From contig CM120640.1 in assembly GCA_051362555.1 (NCBI GenBank), positions 19,902,001 through 19,966,000 on the forward strand: 64,000 nucleotides of DNA. Reading direction: 5' to 3'. Every line of letters starts with the position of its first letter. Position 1 is the stretch's first letter. The notes beneath the pieces are model-generated. The model searched no databases, was not told the origin of the DNA, and saw only the letters and a list, made by a program, of their open reading frames with translations. The position numbers and the translations under genes were made by a program. Source of the DNA: Lingula anatina (taxonomy: Eukaryota > Animalia > Brachiopoda). Below are positions 27,128-41,457 of this stretch, piece after piece.

Positions 27128-30100
27128 AATGCGAGGGGTAATATGTACTAGTACTCAAACCTAATGCCCTGCATTATCATATAGATAGATATAAACTTTT
27201 ATGCTCATAATGTTTGTTCCTGGGACAAAATGACCAAAAATCATAAAAATTGTACTCTTGGACTGATAGCCAGAAATTTTGGAAATAAAGAACTTGAAGG
27301 ACCTGAACTTGAAAAAAAAAAAATTAATAAAAAAAATTAGTACACAGAAGAGTTTCCAAGATTTCATCTAATATACCGGTAAACAGAATAAATAAAAAAT
27401 TTAGAAAATAATCGATGTCACTTATCTGTGAGAATTGCTATATACAGAGGCTATGCACACGGTTTCCTGTGCAGATAATGCATTATCTTTCAAACATACA
27501 TAGCAATCACTTGATTTTTTGGCTCTTGAATCATTTTCACTTTGTTGTGTGTGGTTTATTTTAGAACATTCACCAGTTTGAATTAAGCAAATATTCAACA
27601 AATGTCCTGTGAAAAATCTTATGATAAATACCCCCAATAGCCTGGCCTCATACTTAAACTTACAAGATGCAAAACAACATAATTCCAATGAAGACTATGA
27701 AACAAAATCATGTTTCATTTTCCAAAGAAAACAAATCTTCAAACTTGCTATCATAACTCCAAAATTTTTTTCAAAGCACTCTCAACTAAGACATGCCACT
27801 TCAAAGTAACATACGATATTAGACGTTTCCACTTCACATATATTATGACCTAAAACTATGTTCTGAGCTTTCAGTTTCAATGAATGAGAGGCAGAAACCT
27901 AAATACACTATTGAAAATGAACCCTAGTTGATTCAGTTGTCATCATGCTTTTGCTTACAACAGTAAAATATTTCTCTAATCTCCCATTGCAAGTGTAAAG
28001 CCGCCACCTGAGGAACGTGCCTATGCCCTAATGGGACAGATTACATTCTATTTGGTGATCAAGTTCATTCTAATACCATACAAAAGCACTGGGTTAATAT
28101 GTTAAATATAATGAAACAATGACTGACTTGAAGTATGATCCAGTGCCAGTGAATACAATATCCAGTTAACACTGGCTGAAGTGTGCCATCAAAGGAGGGT
28201 GTTGAACAAAAGAAATTAGATTCAAGGCCACACTTTGAGACCAAATTTCTTGTAATGATTTGGATCAAAATATACTTTTTCAAGTCAACACGGAAACTTT
28301 CTTACCTGTATTAGACCTGCCTAATATTCCATGAATAAGCGGCTGTCAAAAAGAACAGATGTAGCTACTCACACCGTAAGGTTCTGAGGGGGGACCCCTC
28401 TCAGTTCCTTGTGTTTATCTTCCATTTTGAATCTTAAAATAAAAAGTCTGTGGATAAACTGTCAATGAACCAGACTGCCTGTGGCAATGTAGACTTATGC
28501 AAATATCGCGCTGAGTACTTCACACTTTCCAATTGAATGAATATCAAAATTATTCTACGGCAGGCAAATGGTGCAGCTACTGCCATGAGTCATGTGACGT
28601 AACAAAGTCAATGCTGAGGAGAAAAACATTGGCGAGTGCCAATTTCCATTAAAGCCAGCTGTTTGAGCATCCTGACACAAGTTGTAATAAAAATTGCCAG
28701 AGTGGTAACCTCTAAGCTTGGTTTCCCTTTGCCAGGGCTAGAAAATCAGACCGGTTAAAGCCCACTTATTTTTATAGGATTGTGCCATCCTGAGTGCTCT
28801 ACCTCTAGTCTTTGTCCCTATGCTAACAACATATTTATATAGTCACATAAAAGCAGACAAAGAAAGTAAAACAACTTTTATGCCGCACTCTGCCTAGCTG
28901 CCTTTCACATTTTGGGTAATAGTTGACATAGGACTAATACAGCTACTCAATGGCACATTTCCACAATTTTGATGGATAGTCCTCTTGTATATGTTATAGT
29001 TCCCCCTTGCTTTGGCAGCAACAGGTAAAAGTCAACCATTTGCTAAGTAAGCAGAGAAAACAGTCCGCCTTCATTCATGTGTCACCATCACCCTAAAGCG
29101 TTGGCCAACCACCACTTTCCATTCAAGAACTGGTCGGCATGAATGAACCAGCGAATCAATGAGGGAATCAAAACATGCTCCCAAAGTTGATTTTGCCATG
29201 CTTCAGCATGGTCCACTGACAAAAAACTTAAGTCCTAGACATCCTGTGCTGTGCCCCTCTTATTAGGTATAGAAACCACAAAAATAACACTTTTATTTGA
29301 TAGGAGGACTATAAAATGAAAAGAAAGGACACTTCCTGCAGGGATATATGGTTATTTATTTACATGATCATACTTAACTTTTGACAAGACACCTGTTCTA
29401 CTGCACAGAAAGATTTGGCATGAATTTATGTATTAAAAGTATTTTTAGTTATAAAAATAGCTTTAAAAAATAGGGAAATGTTTAATTTATTTATGATTAT
29501 ATAAAAGTTAAGCACCCTTGAAAAAAAGGTTCCATCGTCTTTTTACAAATATTTATTGAATTTATAGTTATTTCTGTAAGGGCAAGAAAAGAAGATAAAA
29601 CTTTTAACAAAAATAGTTTAAAGAAACCCAGCTTTTACCTACAAGAGCCTCTCATTTTCTCTCCTAAGAAGAAAAATCTCAGCATTTCCCCCTTTGGCAA
29701 GAAACTTAATTAAATAACCTCAGACTAAAATTAATTTCCTACAGCAGGTAAGAAAGCAGATGAGATTCGCCAAAGATGACATTTGCTGGAATGAAACACC
29801 GAGGAGGCAAATCATTCAAATGCGAAGATCTGCCTGGTCAATGATATGGGAAAATTAAATCATGCTTTTCTCTCTTCGCATGCAATAGTCTTTCTTTAGG
29901 TTCACAAAAGCTTTAGTTTACCAGAAAAAAATACACAAAGAACACATGAATTAGCCTTTTATCAGACTCAAAAACCACAAAGAGATCGCTTTTTTCTGAT
30001 ATGTGGACATACTCCCTTTTTAATAAGACATTCTAAATAAAAAATACATGCCTTTTTTAATTAAAAATGGATGTCAAACAAAATGGCAGATGAAAAAATT

Positions 30101-31454
30101 AATTCATAAATGTCAGGAGGTATCACAATATTTAAAGAAATTCCTCTGAAAGCATAAAACGGTGGCTCATTGTTGACAGAAAAGAAATTCATAGAATTGT
30201 CAAGAGCTATTAAGGAGGGTTGAAGCTAAGAACAATTCCAAATATTGTCTAGCCATTCAGAATCTGTGCCCTGAAACACGGAAAAGATTAACCAGGGCTA
30301 AGCATGGCATGCTGGAAACTCTACAAATCAATACCCACACAATATACGACAGCCCACAGATCGATGAAACATAAAAAACTCACCACTACAGAGATTTGTT
30401 GTTTCACCTATGCTTTGGTTGGCATCTTGTTTTAATGCAACTATGATTGACAGTCCTCAGACCTGAACAATACATAAATGATAACACCTGCTTCTCTGGG
30501 GCTGACCCCTTCTTAGTGGGATGAGATCAATGAATAGAAAGCTTTTAGACCCAGCTAATTATCTGCACAACCACCTTTTTGCCGCCCCATTAGGTGGACA
30601 TTTGCTCTAGAACACAGAGAGGCAAAGAGAGAGAGATAGAGTGAGAGAGAGGCCCTACTGCCATGCCCCGAAGCCCAACAAGGTAATAGTCAAGCTGGAA
30701 ATCACTAATTTAAAACCACTGCCAACAGAAGCTGCTATAATTGCAATCCACAGTTATTTCCTTGTCAGTATCAATAAAATAGACGTCAGATGCCATCCTT
30801 AATGAAAATTATGCAACATGCAGTTTATATGTAAATTATTAAATTTGTTATATACTGGGTGAAAAAGAAAGACAAAAGCTAACCTGGCTTAAAAAAAAAT
30901 TACAACATATCCTACAAAGCCTTTTTTAAATTTTGTTTTAAAATTACAGAATATTTTCTACTTTGTTAAACTGGCTTTTAGAAATGCCCTACTAAAGCTA
31001 GACCAAATGATAACAATCAACCTATTACTACTTAATTTCTGCTTCATACTTTTTAAAAGCCAACCAGTAATATATGTGCTGTACTGCTGTACTTTCTTCC
31101 CAATTTTCTAGTATTGGATTTTATATTTTACTTCAAAACAAAAACCTTACTGATTTGTTTCAAAATGCCAGCAATTTTAACGCACGCTATGAGGTGAACA
31201 TTAATTTGTCAGATTTTTTTGCTCTTAAACAATTTTTGCCATTCTATAACCACTCCACACCCACTGTGCAAACAAAGTGCTTCCAAATTTCATTCATAAA
31301 ATGCTGAGCAAGGAACGTATTTTGCGTTGGGCTTTTTAATAGCCAGATGACTGTGTATGAAATACTACATTAACTTCATTCATGTGGTTCATCCGGCCCT
31401 CAAACTGTGACTTCAATGAGGGTCAATGATGTGATGGTGAGGGTAGGAAAATAT

Positions 31455-31693
31455 GCAAACAAATAAATAAATGTTGACAGCTCTGCTCAATGGAACTGGA
31501 ACCCATTTTAACTTTTAATAGATCCTGCCTACAAAGACAACTGCCAGTTATGCCGAAGAAAGCAAACAAGTAAATAAATGTTAAAAAGCTCTGCCCAAAG
31601 GGACTGGAATCCATTTAACTTTTACTTTTATTTTACTCTAGAGGGTGCCCCACAAAGACAGAAATACTGGCAGTAATACTGGTGAACTACAAA
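31455..31693. repeat. Diverged tandem duplication, period about 107 bp
   Basis: gcaaacaa(a/g)taaataaatgtt...agctctgc(t/c)caa...actggaa(c/t)ccattt...acaaagaca starts at 31455 and 31562; the second copy has small insertions. Confidence 0.8.
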
Positions 31694-34600
31694 CCGCATC
31701 TACTAGATCTCATTCAACCAAGCACAGGACAAAAGAGGGAAACTTTCACCCCTTTCCCCTTTAGAGCAAATAGGAATTTGCATTTCCACAAATGAAATGC
31801 CAATCAAAAGTCATCTCTGACGGAAGCCCATCATTGCAACAATTCAAGCAAGGTCGAGAGGCCTCACCTGGAAAAGCACAGAGCACTCTCAGGTCTTTTC
31901 CGTTTCCAGTATATTAATGGACTCGATCATCTCTAAAACTTTTGATACAATGTGAAGTTCAATGCTCTTCACTCCTATTCTATTTCACTTTTAGGCATTA
32001 TGGACTTGTAAAATACATCTCCATATAAAATGTTTGAAAAAATAGCACTCAAAGCAAAACCAAATGGAATTGCTTTAAAAATTGTGCAATGAGGGAAAAT
32101 GATTTCTTTAGAATTTCCATAAAATAACCTCAAAATTTTTTCTCAGGAAAGTCTGATTTTTATCAAAGTTCAATATTTATTAAGGTAAAAAATCACTCTT
32201 TAATAAAATATTTCAAAATAAAAGTGAGATATTTAAACAATTTAATTTTAAAATTTGTATCATTTCATTTTCTACTATTCTAATTTCACCAAAATTTAGC
32301 TTTCTTTAAAAACACTTAGTTATTTTCCTTGCTTTCTCTGATTATCACTTTACTAATAAGTCAGATCTACATTTCTCACATTTATTCCTTTTGATGATTT
32401 CAAACCATTAATTACATGTAAAATTAACAATAATTACACTAATTACAAATAATAAGTCAATAATACCACTAACATTCCGAATGGCATGGAAACCTCCAAT
32501 GTCTCAATGATTTTCCGTGTATGAACAATATAATTCATCTTATTTCATCAATACAAGTGGGCTATTAAACCCTTATTATTCCTATAAAGTAAATATGCAT
32601 GTTTACTGATGTTCCTTCACATGGAGAAGCAATTATTTTTCTAGATGGCAATTAACATAAACTTAATAAGTTTGCCCATTCAACAATTAGAGATACTGTC
32701 GATTGTCCAATTTGAGATGGGTTTTAACAAGATGTACAAATGCCAAGATTCACAGGCTGGTAAGTGTCAATATTTCATACAAGCATATGCTCTCCTCAGA
32801 CTAACACAATTACTGCAATTTTAACTTTTTTATTAAAAAAAAAAGAAAAAAAAAGAAAACAGACACAACTATAGCCAGCTTATAAACTTAGTAATACATA
32901 GCTGTCCCCACTTTCAAATTTCAGTTTGAAAGTTTATGCACTATCTTTACTGTGCTGGCAGGTGATGTGACTAAAGGGGAACAAAACAGCTCTTAATTGG
33001 CTGCTAATTAATTAAAACTCTGACTTTAAGAACAGACCCCAAGGCAGCATCTAGACATAGTTCCTTTTATCCCCCTGGGGTTGTGTCTTCTAATTGAAGC
33101 TATTATTGAGATTAGTTGCAAAATGGATTGGGCTGCCATTCTATTTTGTAAGGCTAAATTATGCAGATGACGTAAAATAATTGTTTTCTTTACCAGGAAA
33201 TCAATAGGCAGACGTGAAATTAGGTTTCAAGACGCCGTTAAATATGTACAGGTAATTCCCTGTTGGTTATTTTCAAACAACCGGGAAGCAGTATGCTTCT
33301 TTGCAATCTATCTGTAGATTTGTCTAAAGTACTATTTTTTTAAATTAGATTTAAACAACAACCATTTCTTCTAAATTGACAAAGATACTTTACTTGGTTT
33401 CATACAAAAAAAGCCCTCTTAATCTTGATTATGTACCTGAAAGAACTACTTAAAGCCAAAAGTTAAATTTAATAAGAGTAAAAAGGCTCCTCACCTACTT
33501 AATATTAATCAGGTAAGAAAATATAATTGTGTTGATTTTAAATTAAAGATACTGCTATTTTAAATGTCTTATTTAACATCATCATCATGAAATGCAAATG
33601 GTGATTTTTGACAAAGACTAAAAAATATCTCAATGAAGAAGAAACAAAATAAGTAAGAACTTGGTTATGCACAAATATTTTTAGTACTTATGAAGATGAA
33701 AAAAAATTGTAAAAAAAAAAAAAATGATAAAACGGTATAATTCTCAGGCTAGAACCTCAAAATATAGGCTGAGAAGCATAATTTCAGCTTCAAATAGCTT
33801 AGTTTCTTTGAAAATGGTGAACAAAAGTAAAGAAGCGGTATAACTTTTCGGAAGCAGACTAAGTAAATCCAGTTTGAGTTGGACAGAAGGGTAAATAAGA
33901 GTAAATAAGAGGTTCGGATTTGTTTGGGGATCATTGAGAAAAGCATGCAAACAGTCCAACACCTGAAGTGTCCACTTACAAACATGGACACACATTCTTC
34001 TATTGTCAACCCGCTAGAGATTTAAAGAGCCTTAGACTGTATAATTGTAACTGAACACATCCTCGATTTCTCCTTTCTCCAAGTGTGTTACTCAATATAT
34101 AATACTAAATAAACAAAATATCAAAAAGGTACCATTTATGTGCTTCTTTTTCTCCCTCAGAAGAAATTGATTTACACACAGGTATGTTTAGATTTTGGTG
34201 CAAAAGTTGTGTAATTTCTTTTCCTTGCAAAGCTTTTAACCTTTTTTCCATTGGAATATACAAGTTCTTCATTTAACCTTTTTTAAAATCATTTTAACAA
34301 GAATAAAAATGGATGGAACCAACATATTCTAAGGAACATAAAAAATGAAACTTGTTATATATTAAATGCCTTTTTTTAAATCAAACATCAGTAATAATGG
34401 TTTAAAAGATCAGGTAACAAAAATTTGGACTTTATGTAAAAAGGTGGTATAAAGAAAAAGACTGGAAGAAACAAAACTTTAAATCTTCTAAGCCAAATCT
34501 TTGTAAGTAATCATCTCTAATTAAGTTAGACATAAAGATCAGAGGCAGTTCTGTCAAAAAAGTTTCTTTTTTAAACTAAAATTAACAAATAATATAGACC

Positions 34601-34931
34601 TCAACTATTATTGTTAATAAACGGCCTTGATACATCAGAAATCACAAATTTTCAAAATAAAATTGGATTAAAAAGAAAATTCTTTCTTAAAAGATAACAA
34701 ATTTGAATCTCACACTGCCCATAGACAAGAATCAGAAGATAACTATCTTACCCCCTGGGCAACCTAGTCCTAATCTTTGCAGGAGCTCTGTCTCTAATAC
34801 AAATAAACTTCAGGCTTGAGAATCTTCCTCTTCATGACGCTGTCTCATTCTATCACATTTTCAACGGTAAATTCAGCAGCTGTGATCAGGACTCACCTCT
34901 GACCAATGATTAGGCAGCGAGGGTTCAAACT

Positions 34932-34952
34932 GACCACCCAAATGACCACCCA
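34932..34952 (+). promoter_or_regulatory. Two tandem perfect Gli/Ci consensus sites (GACCACCCA)
   Basis: GACCACCCA at 34932-34940 and 34944-34952, plus a 7/9 match at 35025-35033. Motif only; function untested. Confidence 0.45.
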
Positions 34953-37900
34953 GATGAACAGCTGACCCCACTCAGCTCCTTGCCAGCACTGACAGCTCTT
35001 GTCAGTGGCACAAGTGACCATACTGACCACCATAATGACGATGTAAGAAGCAGAACCTGGGGGATAGCTACGCTTTAACAGAGTGGCCAAAATGTGGAGT
35101 CAATACAATAATTATCAGCCCTTCGATAATGTTCAATTCAACACTGCAATAGCAACCATTCCACCCCAAAAATTCATCTCTCTCCTACATTCGCTCGGAA
35201 TGAAGACGAAAATGTCGTCAGCTTTGAGACTTATCTCAAGTAAGAAAATCTGCAACCTTACCTGGCAGCCTTCTCAAACTTCTACTCTGAATTTGATCGC
35301 ATGGGACCCATGAAGTGCGACTGATGGACCATATGCACCTATGCCTTGGCTGACCTCCAGAGAGCCCACTCATTGGGCTCATCCAACCAAATGCAAGCCA
35401 TATGAGCTCCTCGAGAAAACTCCTAGCCTATCAGGTGGAAGACTTGGATTACGCGGCCATGAATAAGGATTCTCAAAAAGACACACTGCAGAGAAGGGAG
35501 ACTTTTCTTCTTACTTTTTTGCTGAAGTTTTTCTTTTTTTTTTTTTAAATTCACAAAAGAGACATCAAATGTTTTTTTATTAACAGATAAGTTGATTCAA
35601 GTAAGATCTCTTCAGTTACCACCAAAAGATGGACGTAGTACAACTTGCTGATGTTTGCACTGCTTTACAACTGAATAGTGACATTTAATGTTTTCTTATT
35701 GAATTTAAGATTTTTCTTCTTTCTATTCATTTTTATAGTTTATTTAATTGTGAACAAAATTTAAATAACAATGTTGATAAAGGGACATAGATGATGAATG
35801 AAGATCTGGATAGGTGCAAATGAACATAATGAATGCTCAACTGCATATTGTCTGCTATGAAATACAAATCTCACTTACACGGAGAAGAATTCTACAATGA
35901 CATTTAACACACACAATGATGAAAAATAAAAACACATACTATCATAACGGTGCACAGCTTTAACTTGTGCACTTGGGACTTAATATCTACATCCATCAAA
36001 GTACAAGGCTGCTTTAATGGATCCCGAGCAATGGCATAAAAAAAATGAAAAGAAAATGAGAAATTAATGAACAGCACTTCATACAGGTGCCAGTGCATTA
36101 AGCTCTGCCAGGGAAGAGTGACATCAAAAAATTGCCTTTTGTTGCCATCACGTCTGTTTGATACTCCCTGACATCAAATACCAAGCAAACCTGCATTTCA
36201 TTGAATTCTGATACACCCTTGCTTCAGTTTCAGTGACAGCCCATAAAAATTGGGTGACATACTGCGCGTTAACTCAAATACCTTGTACAAAATTATCTCC
36301 ACTTCTATAGCTGCTCAATTAGTATAGGATGAGACCGTAACAGTTACATTTCAGCAAATTAATCATGGAGTATAATGGCATAGATTGGTTTGGCATACAG
36401 ATACTGACAATACTCATGGATAATATTACTGCATGTTTTTTAACATTTCCATTTTGATAGTTGTTGTCTTTGTGAGGCTCCAATGATATATTTGTTACCA
36501 CTGTTGTTGTTTATTTGCCATAGACTGCTGCTTTTTATTTGCTTCTAAATATTGTCTGAGCAACTATGTAGAATAGAAATTATTACTGTTTTTTAGACGT
36601 TATTTAATACTGTTACTGTAGTTATTGCTGATACTGCCAAATATACCTTGTTATAACTGCTACTACTTAAATCAGCATTCTCACTTTGTATGTTTGTCAC
36701 ACTTGAAAAACTAAGAAATAGACCCAGAGCTAAGTCACACCTTAAAACCTGCAAAAAGAAACCGTTATTGATTTAATAGAACTGTATGTCATCCAACCAG
36801 AAACTGACAAAGGTGGTGGACATTATCCAATTGTAACATATATGCCAGAGACATGAAAATATAAATCATGAAACCAACCCAAAAAGGAGGCCAATTCAGG
36901 GATACAATCTGAGACGACCAATTACCATCATTAAACTGACAGTGTGAGAGTAGATTAAGCTCCATTTCCTTGATGGAGAAAATAATTTGCTAACTCATTA
37001 AGAGCTGAGTTGCTTTTGCGTTAAGACCAAGACTTAATAAATGTCTCAATAATACGTGGTGAAGATTGGCAGCCCTAAGATAACGTCAATGGAGGCAATT
37101 GGGCAGATCAAGCCCAACAAGTCTTGATTAATTTTGGCTATTATATCCTAGCAGGCTGCTATCTGCCAGTTGAGTCTTAATATAATTGTCGAGAGATGGA
37201 GATTTTAGGAGAACAATGAAGTCATCATTTTGATTAAAAGAAATGAGCCATTTAATTACATCTTGCCTTCCTGGTTGGTTACCATGGAGATGTCTACAGT
37301 GATTCTATCCTACATATCTTGCAACTGCTAGACATAATCAGCCACAATTTTAGAGCCGAACTTGTGAATGGAAAAGTGATTTGGAGGCCCTCGTCTAACC
37401 TACTCCTTTGCTTGAAATGGAACAGGAGAAAGCTTGAAGCCTGTTACCTAAGCTTATAATGTCGTGTTCAAGCTGGGTCATTATAAAGTTGTGGGCGACA
37501 TGGTTCAGCTCAACACGCAACTGAACGGGTGCAGGCTTCCACCTCCCGGAAAAACAGCTCTACGCAAAAGAATTAATAACAGCAGCAGTAGTTTTTCTAT
37601 TTATTCCAGATTATCACAAAATCCTCATTAATTCTCAAGATAATTCCTGTGTATGATTCATGCATGATATTTTCTTTCTTCAGCGGGAAATGAGTGAAAT
37701 ACTTAATGAATCACAGTTCCTCCTTACTTACTATTACCAATGCAGCACAAAATTTTACCACCACATCAAGAAGAAAAAGAAAAGCACGAGATCTTCCACT
37801 TTACAGTGTGCTGGCTTGATGTAAGGAACCAGTGCTTGTGTCTGGCGCCACAGTCATAGTCAACTTGTGATGCCACTGATTACAAAATCAAAAAAGAAAA

Positions 37901-38098
37901 TACACTTTGTTGTTAAGTTCTGGTACTCCTGTTATGTTCTAACCACTAAAAGATTTCCATCCATGTTCATCATTTTGCATAAAAAAGCAAAGATTATTAA
38001 GAGCTCAAGATAGGATGAATAAGTTTGCATAATATTTTTATTTTTAATTTGACTGTTTTTTATTAAGAGATTAAGTTTTTACTAATACTGTACATGGG

Positions 38099-38128
38099 TA
38101 AAATAAAATAAAATAAAATAAAATAAAA
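38099..38128. repeat. (TAAAA)6 microsatellite
   Basis: Direct reading. Confidence 0.9.
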
Positions 38129-39217
38129 CTATCTATTCCTTCACTCTTTGAGATAGAAAGTCGGTCTAAGTGTCTCCTTTTTTTTGGGAGGCTTGGGAAT
38201 ATTGATCAGTTACAAGTGTTTCAAATTCAAACATTTTTAAAACTCTAACAAAGACTGCTGGGTTAAAGAGGTCTAATTTGACTGGGGGCAATCTTTTATC
38301 TATGTAAATCTCCCCACTCATCCCTTGCAGAACATATTTACCTAGAAAACAAATAAAAGAATGTGTTGTATTTGTTCTACCTATTCAGCGTGCTGTAACC
38401 TATTGACACGAGTCTAGCGTAACAATTAAAGATACACCAGCAGGTTCAACTCTTCACAGTCATTTGTCTAGACATAAGAGGGGCACCTTTTCCATGACAA
38501 GAGCCTTTCCCAACAAGTTCCTCAGAGCTGAAGAATCCAATTAGACTGATCATGTTTTCACTCCAGTTATCTGCAAATACTACCAGCTCTGAGCCAAGTC
38601 CAGCCTGACAGTAATTAGCAAAAGATACAAACAAGGGGAAGGGCATGGTGCGGTCAAGCTTATTCAGGCACACAGTTGCCATTGGGATTTGTGGATTTAG
38701 TATAATGCACATGCATACATGCATACAGATTTTCCTTCATGCAGTTGTCTGGTGGTTCCTTGCTTCGTTCAAATCTTGAGGGGTATGCCACTATAATACA
38801 GTTAGGAAAATTTTATATTAGCAAGCATGTAGTTTAGTGCCATTGTGTATCCATGTATAATTTCAAAATAAATAAAATTTTTGAGCAGTGAATCTTATCA
38901 TATTATACAGAAAGCTTTAAAATGTCACCCACTTGACCAGAAATTGTAAGGAAGGGATTTTGTTTAAAATCTATCTTTAAAAAACTATATAAAAAGTACC
39001 AAATCTTGGAAAAAACAAAAGCATGTCAATCACTATTAATGTTACTGCTGTTGTATATGCAGTCACCGCTGCTGTAACCAAAGCATTTACCCTGCCAACA
39101 AATACATGTATCTCTTAAAACAAAATAAGAAAGCATGACTCACAGGAAGCGAGACAATTGAATGCAATCTGCTGACCCTCCTAAAAAAAGCCAATCACAA
39201 ATTAAGCATTTCCCCTC

Positions 39218-39242
39218 AAAAAAAAAAAAAAAAAAAAAAAAA
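39218..39242. repeat. Poly(A) tract, 25 nt
   Basis: Direct count. Confidence 0.9.
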
Positions 39243-41233
39243 GGTTTCGAGGTACTTATTGAAAAACGTCTGTACAACCATTCTACCAATTTTCCAGACT
39301 TACAAGCAGCAAACAAAGAAACAACAAGGAAGGATGTTGTCAACAATAAAAGCTACAAAATAAAACATCCTTAAAACCCCCCATTGGGATGCCTTAATTA
39401 TCATGCAGTGAATCAAAAGTAACCCAGGAAAAGAAATCATTCAAAGGAATCATCTCCAGACAATCAACCAGCTTGTTTGTACTTCTTAATACACCTCTTC
39501 ATGGTGAAAACAGTAACCTCATCAAGAACCACTTAAAGGTCACCCTTCTGACCTAATCAAGATTATTTCTATAATATCTCATAGCTAAGTGTGATTACTT
39601 GTTCGTCTCTTGTACAGAAAAGAGCAAAATAATGTCCCCTGTCAAAATCAATAAGCTAATTTCCTAACTGGTGCTGAGACTAGGTCTTGCAAACCATTAA
39701 CCAACTTCCATGGTCTTGAACAAGCTCTCTATTTTAATTTCATTACTGTTTCCATGCAGACTGTCTGGAGGCAGGGGTTTCCTGTAAAAATATTGTTGAC
39801 TTCTTTCTCAGTTTTTTTCCTTCCTCCAATCACCAGAATGACACATAATATCATTCAGTTTTAATTTTATTTTCATGTACAAGTTTTCAAGCAAATGGCA
39901 CCAAATGTATCATGCAGCAAGCAACGTAACATTTTCTCCCTAATTTTTCCTGTTTTTTTTTCTCATGGCCCACCCATCTACTGACCTTTATAACACTCAA
40001 ATGCATCAGAAGAGCAGAAGAGAACAGTGCATTTCAACTCTATAAAGAAGGCAACACTTGACAACTTCCTTTCCTTCTTCTATATCTATAAAAAGAAATC
40101 GAACATCTCAATGATAATTTGCCATGACCAATCAATTTCCAGGCAATGATAACCATCGCAACAGGCCGCTTTGGAGGCAGCAGAGAATTGAGGGATGCTC
40201 TGGGCACTTATCACCCTAATGACATTGATAAGTAATAGATTTACACAGACTGCAGAGCAAATTCAATTTGTAAGTAGGCAAGAAGGGGCTCTATCGCAGG
40301 CAAATTACAGAATTTCCAATTTCCAATGCCATTTATCAATGCACAGCCAACATCGAGGGAGCTACAAAATCAATACACGGCAGTTCCTGAGGTAGTTGCC
40401 TTCAACATCAATCATGATCAACACTTTATTACAACTTCAAACAAGTCCCACTGTTAAAAGGGAATGGGTATGGAAAGGCTCCTGAATAAACATAGCTTTC
40501 AGATTAGAAAGAGGAAAAATGTGACTTTTTGGAAGAAAAAAAATCAATGCCATGATGCTAATACTGTCATTGGCAGAGATTTTGAAATGTTTACATAATC
40601 TGCATGCAAATACATTCAAAAGTACTTTTACCTCTGCTTTTTTTCCATTGGTAACATTCTAAGGTCCATCTTACTTGATTGTATTGATAAAAAATATACA
40701 GATAATACAAATATACTGATGTTATACATATACAGATAATATTTGCACGCACATTTATGACATTTCACTGTCAGAACACAATACCTCAGAGTTATCAAAG
40801 AGAATCAGGACAATAATAAAAGGTGTCATAACAGATAATTGTCATTTGCTAACAGAAACCTTAGATTTTGGAGCGTGAATGCCCAAATGAAGAACTGGAG
40901 CAACAGATTAAGCACCCCAACATAAAATTAGTAGACATAAACACAGTGTAAGAGCGGTTCGTGTGTCATAACGCTGTGCTCTAGGCTACTTATTTTATCT
41001 TTTTAGTTATGAAATTAAAAAAAAAAAAACAATCTAAATGGGTTGTAGATGCACTACCTAATTAAGGAGAGTTTTTTTTTGCTCTAAAACCAAAATTTGA
41101 GCAAAGAATGAAATAAAATAAGCTGTATATCTGAACTGCATCTTATAATATAATAGAAAAGTGTTTAGATCACTTCAATATTTGGCAAGATCTTCACAGT
41201 TGATTATAATTACTGACAAGGTTTAGCTGCTTA

Positions 41234-41457
41234 GACTCAGTTCAACTGCAAAATCTATTTTCTAAAAATCTATTTTCTATTTGCGGTATCTTGTGATCAC
41301 TCCGAGCGCAGCCGAGAATTAATTACAGCTTTGGAAGTAACTGGCTCGCGCTGCCAGTAATTACGCCGCGGGGTATTCAGGGCACAGACCGTGATCACAA
41401 GATACCGCGAATAGAAAATAGATTTTTAGAAAATAGATTTTTTATGTGAACGAAGCC
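41234..41457. mobile_element. Non-autonomous hairpin DNA transposon (MITE), PIF/Harbinger (Tourist)-like
   Basis: 51-bp inverted repeats at 41250-41300 and 41391-41441 with one mismatch. The outer termini (gactcagttca... / ...gtgaacgaagcc) are degenerately complementary. TTA flanks both ends (41231-33, 41458-60), and the interior is CpG-rich. A 3-bp TWA TSD is typical of PIF/Harbinger. Confidence 0.8.

Noticed and set aside
34898-35090. ORF ending at a strong AG|gtgagt donor as an alternative first exon
   Set aside because: It exits in phase 2, incompatible with the next (phase-0) exon, and the W/C/V-rich peptide looks non-coding. The block is better explained as regulatory.
35125-35200. FNTAIATIPPQKFISLLHSLG resembles a non-LTR reverse-transcriptase segment (DFSSAFNTI.P..L..KL..LG)
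   Set aside because: The similarity covers about 20 residues, lacks the Asp and AF core, and does not extend on either side, so it cannot be told from chance without an HMM search.
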